Below, piece by piece: positions 12,901-26,000 of a stretch of 64,000 nucleotides of DNA. How positions within the stretch are numbered: the stretch's first letter is position 1; every line of letters starts with the position of its first letter. The translations under genes were made by a program, and so were the position numbers. The stretch comes from Hemiscyllium ocellatum (Eukaryota), in the NCBI RefSeq assembly GCF_020745735.1, contig NC_083409.1, positions 6,685,534-6,749,533 on the forward strand, read 5' to 3'. Under the pieces are notes generated by a model that worked only from the letters and a program-made list of their open reading frames with translations, had not been told where the DNA came from and ran no database searches.

Positions 12901-13069
12901 TAACATTGGCTCCAGCCAGAGAATGTTTCTTCTCCACTTAGATGATGATGAGAAGGATCATCGCTTACCCCTGATTCATCTTCGGAAGAAGAGAAAATAT
13001 TGCAGTCTTTCGCTGCCAATGGATTGGATTAATTTGATCCATGCCTTTATGGTGTGGTCATAGAATGAC

Positions 13070-13757
13070 AAAGGGGGGAATGAGGATCTAAAATTTGAAT
13101 TTAGGTTGTTGTCAGAAGAAACAAGTATAGGTAGATTTTTATTAACCACAAATAGATTTTCAATTTAAAATAACACAACAAATGGCTGAAAGTAATGATT
13201 TGACTCTTGTGAACTTGTGCTGCTGCTTTGCTGGGTTAAGCTAAATACAAGTGAAGAGAATACAATGGATTTTTCAGAATAGGCATTATAAGACAGTGAT
13301 TTGGTATTTGAACTAATCCTGAACTAGCAAACCTGGGGTGATTCTGTGCATATAACAATCTATTTCCCAGGGAGTATCATTGGACTGGCCTGTTGGCAAT
13401 CATATTACTTTATTATGGTTGATCGAACTTTTCCTGTAATTAAGAACCCTTTCCCAGGAAATATCATTGGATTAACCTGCTGTAAATCATGTCAATGCAT
13501 TATATGTGATTGGTCTTTTCTTGTAATTAAGGCTGTCCTATCTCTTAAAAAAACATGTAAATATTATGTAATTTTTAAATATAATTGTGCCATTTCTCCA
13601 TGGAACACAGAAGCTTTCAACTTCCGTGTTGCTGGACAAATCTGCGCCAGGCTGCCTTAATTTATTAAACTGGTAACCTTGCTTTAACCAGGCCGTATTC
13701 CTAGTGAGTCTTTTAACCGGTCATGAGAACGAGGGGTCCTGAAAGGGTGTCTACATC
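13070..13757 (+). mobile_element. Polypurine tract and 3' LTR of the ERV
   Basis: PPT aaaggggggaa (13070-13080) followed directly by TG at 13081; imperfect approximately 90-bp tandem repeat at 13350-13530; ATTAAA near 13664; CA end near 13755. Confidence 0.65.
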
Positions 13758-13829
13758 ATCATTGGGATTGTTTTCTCTAACAACCAGCTCTGTACTAAAT
13801 ACCTGTTGTCATTAGTGTGTTAGAGTTAA

Positions 13830-15460
13830 TATGTCAGCTGTTGCTTCCTTGCTATGGTACTGAAAAGAAACATCAATGCCTCTTGAGATTTAAAATACTC
13901 TGCCTTCATGAAAGTGTATGGCAGACGTTTAACATCACTTAACAAACATCACTTAGTATTGTTTAGGACTGGGAGCATTTAACATCATGGTCTTAGTTTT
14001 TAATGGATCCTCACTCGTGGTAATAGAGTTTGCAATGTTCCTCTCCCCTTTCGTGTGATTAAAAAGCTTTGAACCGTGTTATGCTGAGGACAGTGCAACT
14101 TCAACACCGTGTGACGGAGTGGGTGGCTGAATTCCCATCTCATTACTGTCCAGCTTTCAAAGAAAATGCTGTAGTCTCTGAAATTAGATTGTACCCAGGT
14201 TTTATACATATTGTGTTTGGATTTCATTTTTGGAATACCGATTTTCATAAAAATATCCTGTTCGGTTTTGTAACTCAGTAGTTGTGTTTGTTCCCTGAGA
14301 TACTGAGAGTTTACACAACATTCCATTTTTCTGTGATCTAGTTGTTGGCTGAAGCCTCTGGTTATTCGGTGAGTCCAAGCCATTGTCTTCCGCTCTGCAG
14401 TTATACCATCAACTTGGTTTCTCAGTGTGAGTCAGGAGACCACTGCGTGGTGACTTCCTGTTCCACTGTCGGTGTAAAGGCAAGTGGGAACTGTCGAGGT
14501 TAATCCCATCATGAACATCAGAACATTGTGCTCAGCTAGAAATACTTACACTGACTCATTTCTTTGGCTGCGATTGCGGTAAAAGCAAATCTCTCCATTT
14601 GCCAGCACAAACAGAACATGTTCATCAGATTCCCTCATGTGTGATGGTTTTGCCCAATAGGAGCAGCACTGGAAGATCATGCTGTATCAGCCTGGACAGA
14701 AACCTGGGCAACCTCCAAATGAAAGCATGACCTTCAGTGGATCTGCTGCTACAGGAAATATGGAATTAGAATACTTGTTCCCGAATCACCTCATCAAACC
14801 TAAATACAACGAAGAAAATATAAACTAACCCCATTTCCCAAGGACATATGTCACACCAATAAAGTAGGGAACAGACAGTTTCTGTCCGCTGTCTTTCGGG
14901 AGCGTCGCTTTTCCTCTCCCACCTCTGTCTGTGGAGTACCATTTCTATCATCCTTTCTGTCTGAGAATATTATGTTCCTGTCCCCACTGTCTTAGGGAGA
15001 GTTTGGGGTGTCACATCCACCCAATTTGTTAGTTCCATTTACTCTCATGAAATGGGTAATCCCTGCTTTACTATGTATGTGTAAGCCACGTGTGAAAGCC
15101 CAGCACAACTCACCCTTCATCTCAATCAGAACTCAGGGTTTGTCAATACTGTCTGGATCCAGAACAATAGCACTGACTAACTGGAGACAACTCAGATCAA
15201 GTCCCAATGAGAGTGCTATTGACCTTCACCCTCAAAGCCCACTGAGGAGGTGGTCATTAATCCCTGTGTTGTCAAAGAGTAAGTTCTCCCAGAGATTCAT
15301 GATTCATTCTAGATTTTACACAAGTCTGAGATGTTGTTCAGAGACAGGTGGGAAGGCATAGAGATAAAATATAAAAAAGAGAGAGAATTATATGATTGTT
15401 ATACCTTCATTGAACTCAGGATGTTCGAAAATGTTTTGCAGCCAATGGAATGCTTCCAAA
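13830..15460 (+). repeat. IgL C-downstream flank module, copy M2 (inverted relative to M1)
   Basis: 13830-14110 matches 30815-31110 directly; 14110-14770 is the reverse complement of 5980-6640; 15090-15460 matches 32300-32650. Confidence 0.85.
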
Positions 15461-15589
15461 AACCAGACATTATTGTAATGTGGGAACTGTGACAGCCTGG
15501 GCAATGCAGATCTTTTGGTAGCACCACCCAGAGACTGGAGGCTGCTACTGCAGGCAGGCTACAAGCCATCTCCGCTGTGAGGGAAGGAC

Positions 15590-15960
15590 ATTGGAGCACA
15601 TAAGGACATGGGAAATAGGAGTTGGCGGAAGAGTGCCCATCCTTTCTTAAATACAGAGACCAAAATTGCACACAATACCCCAGATGCAGCCTCACTAACA
15701 CCCCGTACAGTTTTAACAAGACTTCTCTACTTTTAAATTCCAACCCCCAGCAATAAAGGTGAAAATTCCATTCGCCTTCTCAATTACTTTCTGTACCTGC
15801 ACTAACTTTCTGTGTTTCATGCACAATACTACCCAGATCCCTCTGTATTGCACTTTGTTGGAATCTCTAAATATTTAAGTAATAGTCGGCTTTTAGATTA
15901 TTCTGACCCAAGTTCATGGTCTCACACTTTCTGAAATTAAATTCCATCTACTGTATATTA
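15590..15960 (-). mobile_element. CR1 LINE ORF2 fragment
   Basis: MEFKSREVLLKLYGVLVRLHLGYCVQFWSLYLRKD. Confidence 0.8.
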
Positions 15961-16099
15961 ATGTTGCATTTCCAGTTTGGTCTTCTCTTTGTGATTGACT
16001 GGCTCAATGCATCTGTCTGTAGCACGTTCCATTCCCATTTGTTTCTGAGCGTGACCCTTGATTGTCTAACCCTTTCTTGCTAGTTCCTGCGATGACAGG

Positions 16100-18890
16100 C
16101 AGGAGGCTGGAAGAACACAGCAAGTCAGGCAGCATCGGGCAGTCGAGAAGCTGATGTTTCAAGTGTAACCCTTCTTCATGAATGGTGTGGGTTTAGGGGG
16201 AGCTGCAGATAAAGAGGTGTCGGGGGACAGGATGATGAAGTGGGGGTAGGAGATGACAGGTGGAGGGTATGACCTGGTTGGTCAGTGGGAGGAATGAATC
16301 TGGTAGGCGTAAGGGAGTAGTGGAAGGGAGGGAGAGGTGCTGGGAAGGGAGTCACAGGATGGGAAGGGAGGTTATTTGAAATTGGAGAACTCAATGTTGA
16401 GTCATCTGGACTGTATGCTGCCAGAAGGAAGACGAGATGTTGTTCCTCCAATATGTGGTTTGGTTAATTGTGGCAATGGAGGAGGCCAATGATGGTCATG
16501 TCAAAAATAGAGTGGGAAGGGGAATTAAAATGGGTGCTGACTGGTAGGACTGCAAGGCCCCTGCGGGTCTGGCTGAGATGTTCGGTGAAATGTTCCTCAG
16601 TTTATGTTTGCTCTTCCCGATGTAGAGAAGACAACATGGGGAACAACTGATGCGGTCAACTAGGTTGGTGGAGAAGCAGGTGAACCTCTTTCTCACCTGG
16701 AAGGACGGTTTTGGGGCCCTGGATGGAGGTGTGGCATTGGTGTACGAACAGGTTTTTCATGTTTCCAGGTTGCAGGGGAAGGTACCAAGGGATTCGGTAT
16801 GGTTGCAGTGCGGGTGGCACAGATCAACAATTATCGAAGGGAATGATCCTTGTGGAAGGCAGCCATGGGTGGGGAGAGGGAGAGGTATTTAGTGGTGTGG
16901 TCTAATTAGAGTTGATGGAATTTTTAAGAATGATACTTTGGATTCAGAGATTGGTGGGGTGATAGGTGACGACACTCGGGATTCTGCCTTTATTGTATTT
17001 AGAGGGGATTGGTTTAGAGCAGTGTAACAGGAAATAGACGTGGTTCAGTGGATGGCAGAAGGAGGAAAAGCACATTGTTCGTAACAGTTGGAGATCTGTG
17101 ATCAGTGGAATATCTCCTCATCCAAACAGCTGGGAAGGAGACAGAGGAATTGGAAGAATGAGATGGAGTTCTTACAGGATACTGGTTGGGAGGAGGTGTA
17201 GTCCAGTTAGATATGGGAGCCTGGAGGTTTGTAGTAAATGTCTGTCTGTAGATTATCGCCAGAATTGGAAATGGAGAGGTCAAAAAAGGGGCGGGAGGTG
17301 TCCGAGATGGACCAAGGGAATTTGAGGATGGGGTGGAAGTTGTGGGCAAAGCTGATGACTGCTCCAGTTCAGCCTGGGTGCAGGTCACTGCACTGATGCA
17401 GTCATTGATGTAATGGCAGGAGAGTTGGGGAACAGTGCCTGTGTAGATACTGAAGAGGCACTGTACAACATAGTCGATAAAGAAGCAGGCGTAGCTGAGG
17501 CCCATCTGGGTGGCCATGGCCACTCCCTTGATTTGGTGGAAATGCGAGGAGTTAAAGTAAACGTTGTTGAATGTGAAGACTAGTTCAGCAAGGCGGAGGA
17601 GGGTATTGGTGGAGGGGGACAGGATGGGTCTGTTGCAGAGGAAAAGGTGGAGGATCTGGAGGCGATCCTTATCGGGTATGGATATATATAAGGTCTGCAC
17701 ATCCATAGTGGAGATAAAGCGCTCAGGGATGGGGATCTGGACGTTACTGAAGAGATGGAGGGTGTGGTTAGTGTAGCGGATGTAGGTGGGAAGTGCCTGA
17801 AACAAGGAGGTAGTTGAGGTAGGATGAGAGGAGTTCCTTGGAGCAGGAGCATGCTGAGACAATGGGTCAGCCAGTTTAGCTGGACTTGTGGATCTTGAGG
17901 AGTAGTTAGAACTGGGCCTTGTTGAGCTGGGGTACTATGAGATTGGAGGCGATGGAGGGGAGATCACTGGAGGCAATGGGAGCACTGATAGTGTGAGCAA
18001 TTTTGGCCTGATGGGTCACTGCGGGTTCATGGGCAAGGGGTGTAGGGCATGGTGTTGGAGAATTGGCATTCGCCCTATGTGACATTTAGGTCTGTTCTCC
18101 AGACTACCACCACCCCACCTTTGTCAGTGGGTTTGATAGTGAACCAGGGGTTGGTGCAGAGAGAGTGGAGTCCTCAATCAGAGGGAGAGGTGGTTGGAGA
18201 GGGTGTCGGGAGTTGGTGGAAGGTGGAGAAATTGAGGCGACTGATGTCACGTCAGTGGTCAGCACTGAAGATGTCTATGATGTGTACACACCTGGTGGTG
18301 GGTGGTGGGGGATGACCAAGTGGAACAGGAAGTTTGGAGGTGGGAGGAGGGGTCCTTGGAGGAAGGTTGGGAGTTTTTGTTAAAGACGAAGACACGGCAG
18401 AAGAAGAGCTCCGCGTCGTGTGGGTGCGGGTTTCGTTGAGGTGGGGTCGGGCGAGAATGTCTGTGAGCCCTTTCCTGAGGATGGCCCTTTTGGGCCTCAG
18501 AGAGTTCGAGGTCAGGGGGAGATAGTAAAAATGGGGCAAAGCTTGGGGGTGATGTTTTCGGGTGGCCCAAGTTGGCTGAAGGAGGAGAGGGGGAAGGGTA
18601 ATTGCATGTGGTGGGTGAGGTTTGGTTGTGATTTAGCACGGGGAAATGGGTGTAGGAGAGAAAGGAGATTGGGGCGGAGGTGGGTTGTGGAGTGAGGTGG
18701 CTGAGTGGGAAGGTGGGGATGAGGTGAAGAGGGAGAACTGGAGGGATAGGGTGCACTGAGTGGGTGGATGGATGAGGAGGAAGAGTGAGTGTGCTGGCTG
18801 GCTGCAAGTAGGCAGTTGGACTCATGGTGACTCTAGGAGATGAAGTCGGAGTCTTGGTTGCAGAGTGGGTGGGGCCAGAGGTGGATGCAA
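16100..18890 (-). mobile_element. Penelope-like element (RT + GIY-YIG endonuclease), decayed
   Basis: RT motifs TMDVQTLYISIP, FHQIKGVAMATQMG, YINDC (ORF 17014-17862); GIY-YIG-like FTCFSTNLV..C..C.LLYIGKSK (16496-16696); Penelope terminal sequence near 16110-16185. Confidence 0.85.
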
Positions 18891-18934
18891 AAGCTGGAGC
18901 GAAGTCAAGGCCGGTCCGAATGTTTTGACCCGAG

Positions 18935-19230
18935 TTCGATTCCAGCCTCAGGCAACTGTCTGTGTGGAGTTTGCACATTCTCCCCATGTCTGCGTAGGTT
19001 TACTGTGGGTGCTCTGGTTTCCTCCCACAATCTAAGGACGTGCAGGTTAGGTGAATTGGCTGTGCTAAATTGCCCATAGTGGGCAGGGATGTGTAGGTTA
19101 GGTTCATTAGTCAGAAGAAAAGTAGAGTAATGGGATAGGGGATTGGGTCTTGGGTAGGTGACTCTTCCAAGGGTCAGTGTGTACCTGTAGGACCAAATAA
19201 CCTGTTTCCTCCCGTAGAGACTCGATGACA
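18935..19230 (+). mobile_element. V-SINE (HE1-like tRNA-derived SINE)
   Basis: B-box gagttcgattcc, V-domain gtgtggagtttgcacattctcccc...gtttcctcccaca, CR1-type tail. Confidence 0.85.
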
Positions 19231-19419
19231 GTCCATTCCAGATTCCCAACACCTGTTGAGTGAAAAGGTTCTTCACCAAATCTCATTTGCGGTGTCCATA
19301 ATGAAACCTTCCAAACCATTAATTTCGTCTGGTGCCATTTAGCTCTTCAGCTACTTGTTCAATAAATGTTTTACTCTTTTATGTATAATATGAATTCCCT
19401 GACAGGGACAGTTAACCAT

Positions 19420-20470
19420 GTCCAATCAGGGAGTCCTGGCTGACAGATGAAAAGGGGACTGCCAAACAGCGGGGCTCGGACCCGACGTATGCACCAGTTG
19501 GAGGATGCTCAGGTGTGCGGTGGGTTCCCGTCCGCGCTCACCCCAGCCTTGATGGAATTTCACTTTGGCCCCAAGATCCCATACTTCCCACGGCAGCCTG
19601 TACCCCACAACCTGAGCCAGCTCTGGAATTGTAATTTAGTCCCTTTTAAGGATGTAAAAAGGCGGGCCTTGTATCGACTGCTGCTGCACATCGTCCACCT
19701 CTTCTCCCTCATCCACCGTCCGGACACGCCCATTTGCAGCAGGCGGTGGGGATCCCCAGTGGAGGGCTCTCTACACGGGAGTCCTCCCCTTTTCTCTCGG
19801 AGATCTGGGGTGGAGGGTGCTGTATGCAGCGGTCCCCAGAAACCGCAGATTGTGGTGATACACGGACTCCCAGCCCAACTGCTTGTTCTGTGGCGCTGTG
19901 GAGTCCGTGGACCACGTGTATATTGGGTGTGGGCATTTGCACTCCCTTTTTGATTTTCTTAAAAACCTCCTCCTCTGCTTTTGGTTGCACTTCAGTCCCA
20001 CATTCCTGATCTTCGGGTACGGAGGAGGGAGGGCAGGTCTGAAGACCTCCTTGTGCGTCTGCTCCTGGGCCTGTCCAAACTGGCCATAAACAGGTCCAGG
20101 CAGTGGGTCGTGGAGCGGGTCGATAGGGCCGACTGCCTGCCCCTCTTCCGTGGTTACTTCAGAGCCCGGGTGTCCTTGGAGAAGGAGCACATGATCTCCA
20201 GCAACACCCTGGAGTTGTTCAGGGAGAGGTGGGCACCGCAGGGAGTGCAGTGCATTATCTCCCCCTCCAACCCTATTTTGATTTAATCGCTGCCCTCCCC
20301 TTCACTGTTTGATCACACAGCGTTGCTCTCTGATGTGAAGGGCACTGCTTGTCACAGGCCACTCGGGTGTTTCCTTTCTTCCTGATGGTGGAAACTGACT
20401 AAAGATTCGTTCACATGGTGTCTCTCACCTGCACACACACACACCACATGGGTGCTGGGAAAAAAAAACA
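19420..20470 (+). mobile_element. Tx1-clade LINE 3' fragment (second subfamily)
   Basis: FCGAVESVDHVYIGC, LLLGLSKLAINRSRQ, FRERWAPQG; A-rich end near 20460. Confidence 0.85.
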
Positions 20471-21480
20471 CTACTGCAGTTCGGCAGTAATGTGGGGTTA
20501 ATAGAAAAAGAAAGGAGTGTCAGAGGTTCTAAAACAAAAGAAAATGGGACTGTCAGAAGTACTGATACTGTGGGAACTAACTCTGAATAACAACCTGCGA
20601 ACCAACCCCACTCCTTCTGTCACCCTCAATCTCCCCATGCTTACTCTTGATGCCCCTTCGATCCAGCCTGTACTGCCTTTAGGAGAGGCTGACTTTCCCT
20701 CCCTAACTCACCAGGAACATGGTCATCATCCTAAAGGAGCACAGTCACGTTTTTAACCTGAGGGGTATCACATGTGGGACAGGAGGAGAGAACTTGGCAC
20801 CTTCATGGTGGTTATACCTGTCATTCATCCCATGCAACCTCTCTTGGGGCAGTAAGAATTCAACATCCCTCCCTCAGACAGCTCCCCTCCCTGGAAGGTA
20901 ATATTGCTGCTCTAATTTCGGGCTAATTGACAACTAAAATACAACTATGGTGAGCCAGCATTGGCTGGGCAGGCAGCCACTACTGCTCTGAACTTGTATC
21001 CAGAAAATCCCCTTGTAATTGGGTAACACATTCGGGAGCACAGTGCCCACTGCCTCTGAAATCCCTCCTTTACCGAGAATACACTCTCAGCTGCCATCTG
21101 AATTTACTATAAACTCTGTGTCCCGTGATACTGCCCCTCCAGCTACCTGATGAAGGAAAAGTGCACCGAGTACTTCTTCTTCCAAATAAACCTGTTTAAC
21201 TCAAACCTGGTATTGTGTGATTTTTAAATTTGGCCATCTGAATGAGCTGCCATCTCAGACTGAATCAGCTGAACTGTTTTTCATTCATGATTTGAGAAGA
21301 TATAAAGCCTCATCTTCAATCCCCAGCACAAAGCCCATTCTAATCCATCGCTCGGAGACACAGACCTCAGAAAGACACCTCCAGGCAGTAACACACTCGC
21401 ACTGAGAGAGACGGCTACAGGCAGTACAGAGTAACACACTCATACTGAGAGAGAATCCGACAGGCAGCAGAAAGTTAAAC

Positions 21481-21874
21481 TATTTTTATCTCAAAAATAT
21501 ACTTTATTCATGAAATAATTTGATGATCTATACCATTGGTTATGCCATACATATGTAAACATTTACATACAGAGATCAGAATTTATCATTGTTATATACA
21601 GGTCTGTACATTTTTCAATCATATGCCCATATAATTAGCTAAGGCGTCAGCAGAGCGCAAACGACTTCATGGGCTCCCTGTTCTTCGTTAGGCAGGCAGA
21701 TGTTACACGGTGATCTTTCCCCACCGCACCTTAACGGCAGCTGCCGCAAGCTTCAGTGCGTCCCTCAACGCGTAGTCCTGGACCTTGGAATGTGCCAGTC
21801 TGCAAAACTCAGCCGGGGTCAACTCCTTCAGCTGGAAGATCAACAGGTTTCGGACCGCCCAGAGAACATCCTTT
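21481..21874 (-). mobile_element. Tx1 LINE 3' end fragment, same family as 348-2673
   Basis: Nearly colinear with 350-750 (caaaaatatactttattc; ggaatgtgccagtct). Confidence 0.9.
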
Positions 21875-22516
21875 CACACTGTGAGAGACACAGCCAGCAA
21901 TGTCTGTGAATGGCTGAAGATGGTTTCAGTGGCTACCCAACATGCCGCAGAGATTGCACAGTGCAATCCCATCAGATGGGCCTGGAAGGAATGCGTCAGA
22001 TTGTATTTATTGATTACTAACAACTTCCAGTTTCTGTTCCTTTTGAAATATTGTAACCTGCATAGCTTCCTGATCAAAGGGATCATTTGAAAATGATTAA
22101 CGAATGATGATTGTAATTGATTGACAGGCTAAGCAACCAATTGTGACAAAGACCTGCTGAAATGCACCAATTAACTGGGTGGGGGGGCGGGAAAGGTAAT
22201 CTATTTCCAAAACACACAGAGGCAGAGATGAATCTTCATCGTTATTACCTTTTTCAGATTCACATTGACAGAAAAAAAGCTGCAAGTAACAGCCCAGACA
22301 GAGAAAGCTGCTCAAATTCACAGCCACAATGGAGCTTAAGGAAAACACTTGTGGAGATTTGCTCAATTACATGAGAATCCTGTCCCTTTAAACAGTGTCA
22401 AAACCTTAAATTGAAACAGACAGCTGAGCAGGAAGAAGATCTGGTTTACTGAAGTGGAGACTTCTGAGGTTCACATTGTTTTGGACAGCTGACAGTCTTC
22501 AGCAACTTCAAGAGAT

Positions 22517-22522
22517 TTTATT
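22517..22522 (-). terminator. Polyadenylation signal of C1
   Basis: AATAAA on minus about 250 nt after the C1 stop; homologous position after C2 reads AGTAAA (36035-36040). Confidence 0.55.
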
Positions 22523-22767
22523 TGGCATGCAGTCAACACTTCTCCATCAAACACTCCCCGGACCAGGACAGCATGAGCTTTGACATGCCGTAAAGTCTCT
22601 CGACACTGTCACAGTGACCTACTTCAACATCCAAACCTCAGATGTATCTCTGAGCAATCCCGAGAAGGAAGAGAGGCGAAATTCAGTGCTAATGATGACC
22701 TTTGTCCTGCCAGTTCAGTCCTGTCCGATTTAAAGTTGTGTCTCCTCTGTGGACTGTCGTGAACACT

Positions 22768-23093
22768 CTACACACATTCTGATCTCCTGATGCTCTTGCT
22801 GAGGGAGACGGGAGGGTCACATGGGTGAGGGCACAGGAGAAGCGAGCGTTGGACTCCCAGTCAGATCCAGAGAGGGTCAGCAGGCTGCTGACACTGTAGG
22901 TGCTGTCCGAAGCTCGCAAGTAGTTGCTCGTCTGAACCCCGTCCGAAATGACTGCACCATCCTTCTTCCACTGCACCTTCAGCTCATTGGATAGAAGTGA
23001 TTGGCAAGGCACACCAGGGTGGCAGTGCCTTGGCATTGACCTGCTCCGGGGAGGTGGGCAGCAGCGTCAGCTTGAGCCGAGAGTTCTCACGGC
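22768..23093 (-). pseudogene. IGKC: Ig light-chain constant exon C1 (kappa-like NS4 type), orphan, three 1-bp deletions
   Basis: Acceptor ctttcag|gc; pieces RENSRLKLTLLPTSPEQVNAK, ELKVQWKKDGAVISDGVQTSNYLRASDSTYSVSSLLTLSGSDWESNARFSCALTHVTL, RSECV-TAG. 326 nt versus 329 nt for C2; as assembled, premature TGA at 22984-22986. Confidence 0.95.
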
Positions 23094-26000
23094 CTGAAAG
23101 ACAAGAGAAACAATTTTAATCCCTTCCAAACAAATGGATTTTGACTCTCAGTATATTCACTGCCAATGCAATCTATTGACATTTGTAGTCAATACAGAAG
23201 AAACCGGACAAAAGAACAGGTATTGTTTAAATTGCTTCTTGGGATATGAGAGTCACTGCCAGGACCAGCATTTATTGCCCATCCCTAATTGCCCCTGAGA
23301 GGGTGATGGTGAAAGAGAAGGGACAGTTTTAGACCATTGCGTAGGGAATGAATATGGGCAGCTGGAAGGGCTATCAATGGGGGAGCATTTCAGTGACAGT
23401 GATCAGACCTCAGTGAGATTGAGAGTATAGATGGAAATGGAGAACAATGGAGCAAGTGTAAAAGGTTTCATTTGGGAATGGACTATTTTACTAAACTGCG
23501 CAGTGATTTAGCAAAGGTGGACTGAAATCAAGTACATGATGGAAAAGCAGTGTCAGGGCAGTGGGAGGCCTCGAAGGATGAGACAGAGATTGTTCAGAAT
23601 CTGTTCCCACAATGAGTAAGGGTGAGACTCCCAAATATAGACTCTCAGCCTGGGATGTCAAAAGGCAGCAGAGTAGGAAAGACCAAAGAGGGAAGGCGAT
23701 GTTGGTTATCTGGAGATCACACCTGCAGAAGGCTGAGAGGAGGATAGAAAATGCAGGGGTGACATTGAACATGACCTGCGGAAAACAAAGAGCTGACAGG
23801 ATGAAATATGTCCAACTGAATCAGGGAAAACCCAACGAACAAAAGGATTGTGGGTCATGTACTGACATGGATTGGGAACTTGTTGGCAGACAGGACAGAA
23901 ACAACAAGTCTTTTTCTGAATGGCAGGTAGTTACCAATTGTCATACTACAGGGGTCAGTCCTTGTACCCAGTTATTCATAATATACAATCATAGAATCAT
24001 AGAGACCCAAAAGGCCCATCAGCCCATTGTGTCCATACTGATCAAAAAATAACAACCCAATAATTCTCATCCACTCTTCCAGCATGAAGGAATTCGATGT
24101 GTTATGTGTCAAGAAGGAATTAGATATTGTTCTTAGGATGAAAGGGGTCAAAGATTATGGGGAGAAAGCAAGAACAGGGGATTGTGTTGGATGATCAACC
24201 ATGATCATATTGATTGGTGGAGCATTCGAGGTGTGTAAAATGATGAGGGCTCTGGACAGAGTGGGTAGGAAGAACTGTTTTCATCAGCAGAGAAGCAATA
24301 GCCATGGGGAGAGATTGAAATGAATTGTGGTAGGGTTTGAGGGGAGTTGAGGAGTAACTGTTCCCACGCAGTGGCTGGTGAGGTCTGGGACTCACTGATT
24401 GAAAGGATGGGAGAGGCCAAAACCATCGTCACATTGAAAAAACACTTGGATATTCACTTGAAACAGCGAAACCTCCAGAGCTATGGAGCAAAAGCTGGAA
24501 AGTGGGATGGAGCTCGATACATCTTTAACAAACCTGCTATCACCCACAGATCAGGAGAACTTTATTCGAGAACATTGGAGCAGACTTTGATCCACACACT
24601 TCTTTGGGTGTCCATGTGGAAGGTTCCAGATTACTTTTCAAACCTTGCTGCACACCAATGGGCTGAGGTCAAGGGTGAGGCTACAAAGAGTCTCACTGCC
24701 CCAGGTCCGGTCACGGTCACTTCTCCTAATGCCTCAATGACCCCTGGAAGGCGAGAGTACATGGACAATGGGTGAGGGTCAGGATCAGGAAGCTCCAACC
24801 TTAAAGAAAGACATGAATTTGTGTAGCACCTGTCCCCAACTCAGGATACCCTAATGGCTCTTTCTAGCAGACTGTGCACAATGAGATCGCAAACACATTA
24901 TGATAATTAGCAAGGAAATATATTTTTATTGATTTTGATTGGGGTATAAGTATTGACCAGGGCAGTGGGAGAACTGCCTACTCTTTCTCCAATGGTGACA
25001 TGGAATGGCATCTTTCACAACTGAAGGATTCCCAGTTCATCCAAAGAAAAATTCTAGTTCCTTCAAAGTGGAGTTGCAGGTCGATAGTGTGGTGAAGATG
25101 TTCGGTATGCTTTCCTTTATTGGGCAGTGCATTGAGTTTTGGATTTGGGAGCTGTTGCGGCTATACAGCCCATTTGTTAGGGCACTTTTGGAATACTGTG
25201 TGCAATTCTGGTCTCCCTGGCACAGGAATAATGTTGTGACATTTAAAATGCTTCAGAAAAGACTTACAATGATGTTGCCAGGGTTGGAGGGTTTGAGCCA
25301 TCTGGAGAGGCTGAAAAGACTGAAGCTAATTTCCCTGCAACTTTGGAGACTGAGGGGTGACAATATACTCGTTCATAAAATCATGAGGGGCATAGATAAG
25401 ATGAATAGAGAAAATATTTTCTCCAGAGTGGGGCAGTTGAAAACTAGAAGGCATAGGTTGAGTGTGACAGTGGAGAGATTTACAAGGGTCGTCAGGGTCA
25501 ACCTTTTCATACGGAGGGAGGTACATATATGTATTGAGCTGCCAGAGGAATTGGTGGAGACTGGTAGAATTACAGCATTTACAAGGCATCTGGATGGGTA
25601 TATGAATAGAAAGAGTTCCGAGGGATATGGACTAAATGCTGGCAAAGGGACTAGAATAATTTAGGATATCTGGTCAGCAGTGATGTGTTGGATTGAAGAT
25701 TTGGTTTCCGTGCTGTACAAATCTCCGACTCTAACTGAGGTTCAATTGAACCCTTAATACCTCAGGCTCTCCCAAAGACATTTATAGACAGTTTTGTTTG
25801 AAAACCAGTCACTGTTACAATGTCAGGAAAATGGCAGCCAGTTTCTACTCGGCAAGATCCCATGAAAAGCAATGAGATCAAAGACCACTGTTAATGATGC
25901 TGGTTCAAAGATAAATATTGTCCTGAACTCAACCCAAAGAACCAATAATTGGGTTCAGTTGGATGGAAAATCAGGAAATGGAATAGAAAGGAGCAGGTAG

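Noticed and set aside
14270-14375. Possible exon in modules M1/M2 (CAG acceptor, GTGAGT donor in both)
   Set aside because: No reading frame open in both copies; at most a non-coding exon and untestable here.
24870-24883. gactgtg-cacaatg resembling a V(D)J signal joint
   Set aside because: Two mismatches, no nonamer at 12 or 23 bp, and it lies in an old repeat with related copies near 25855 and 38540.
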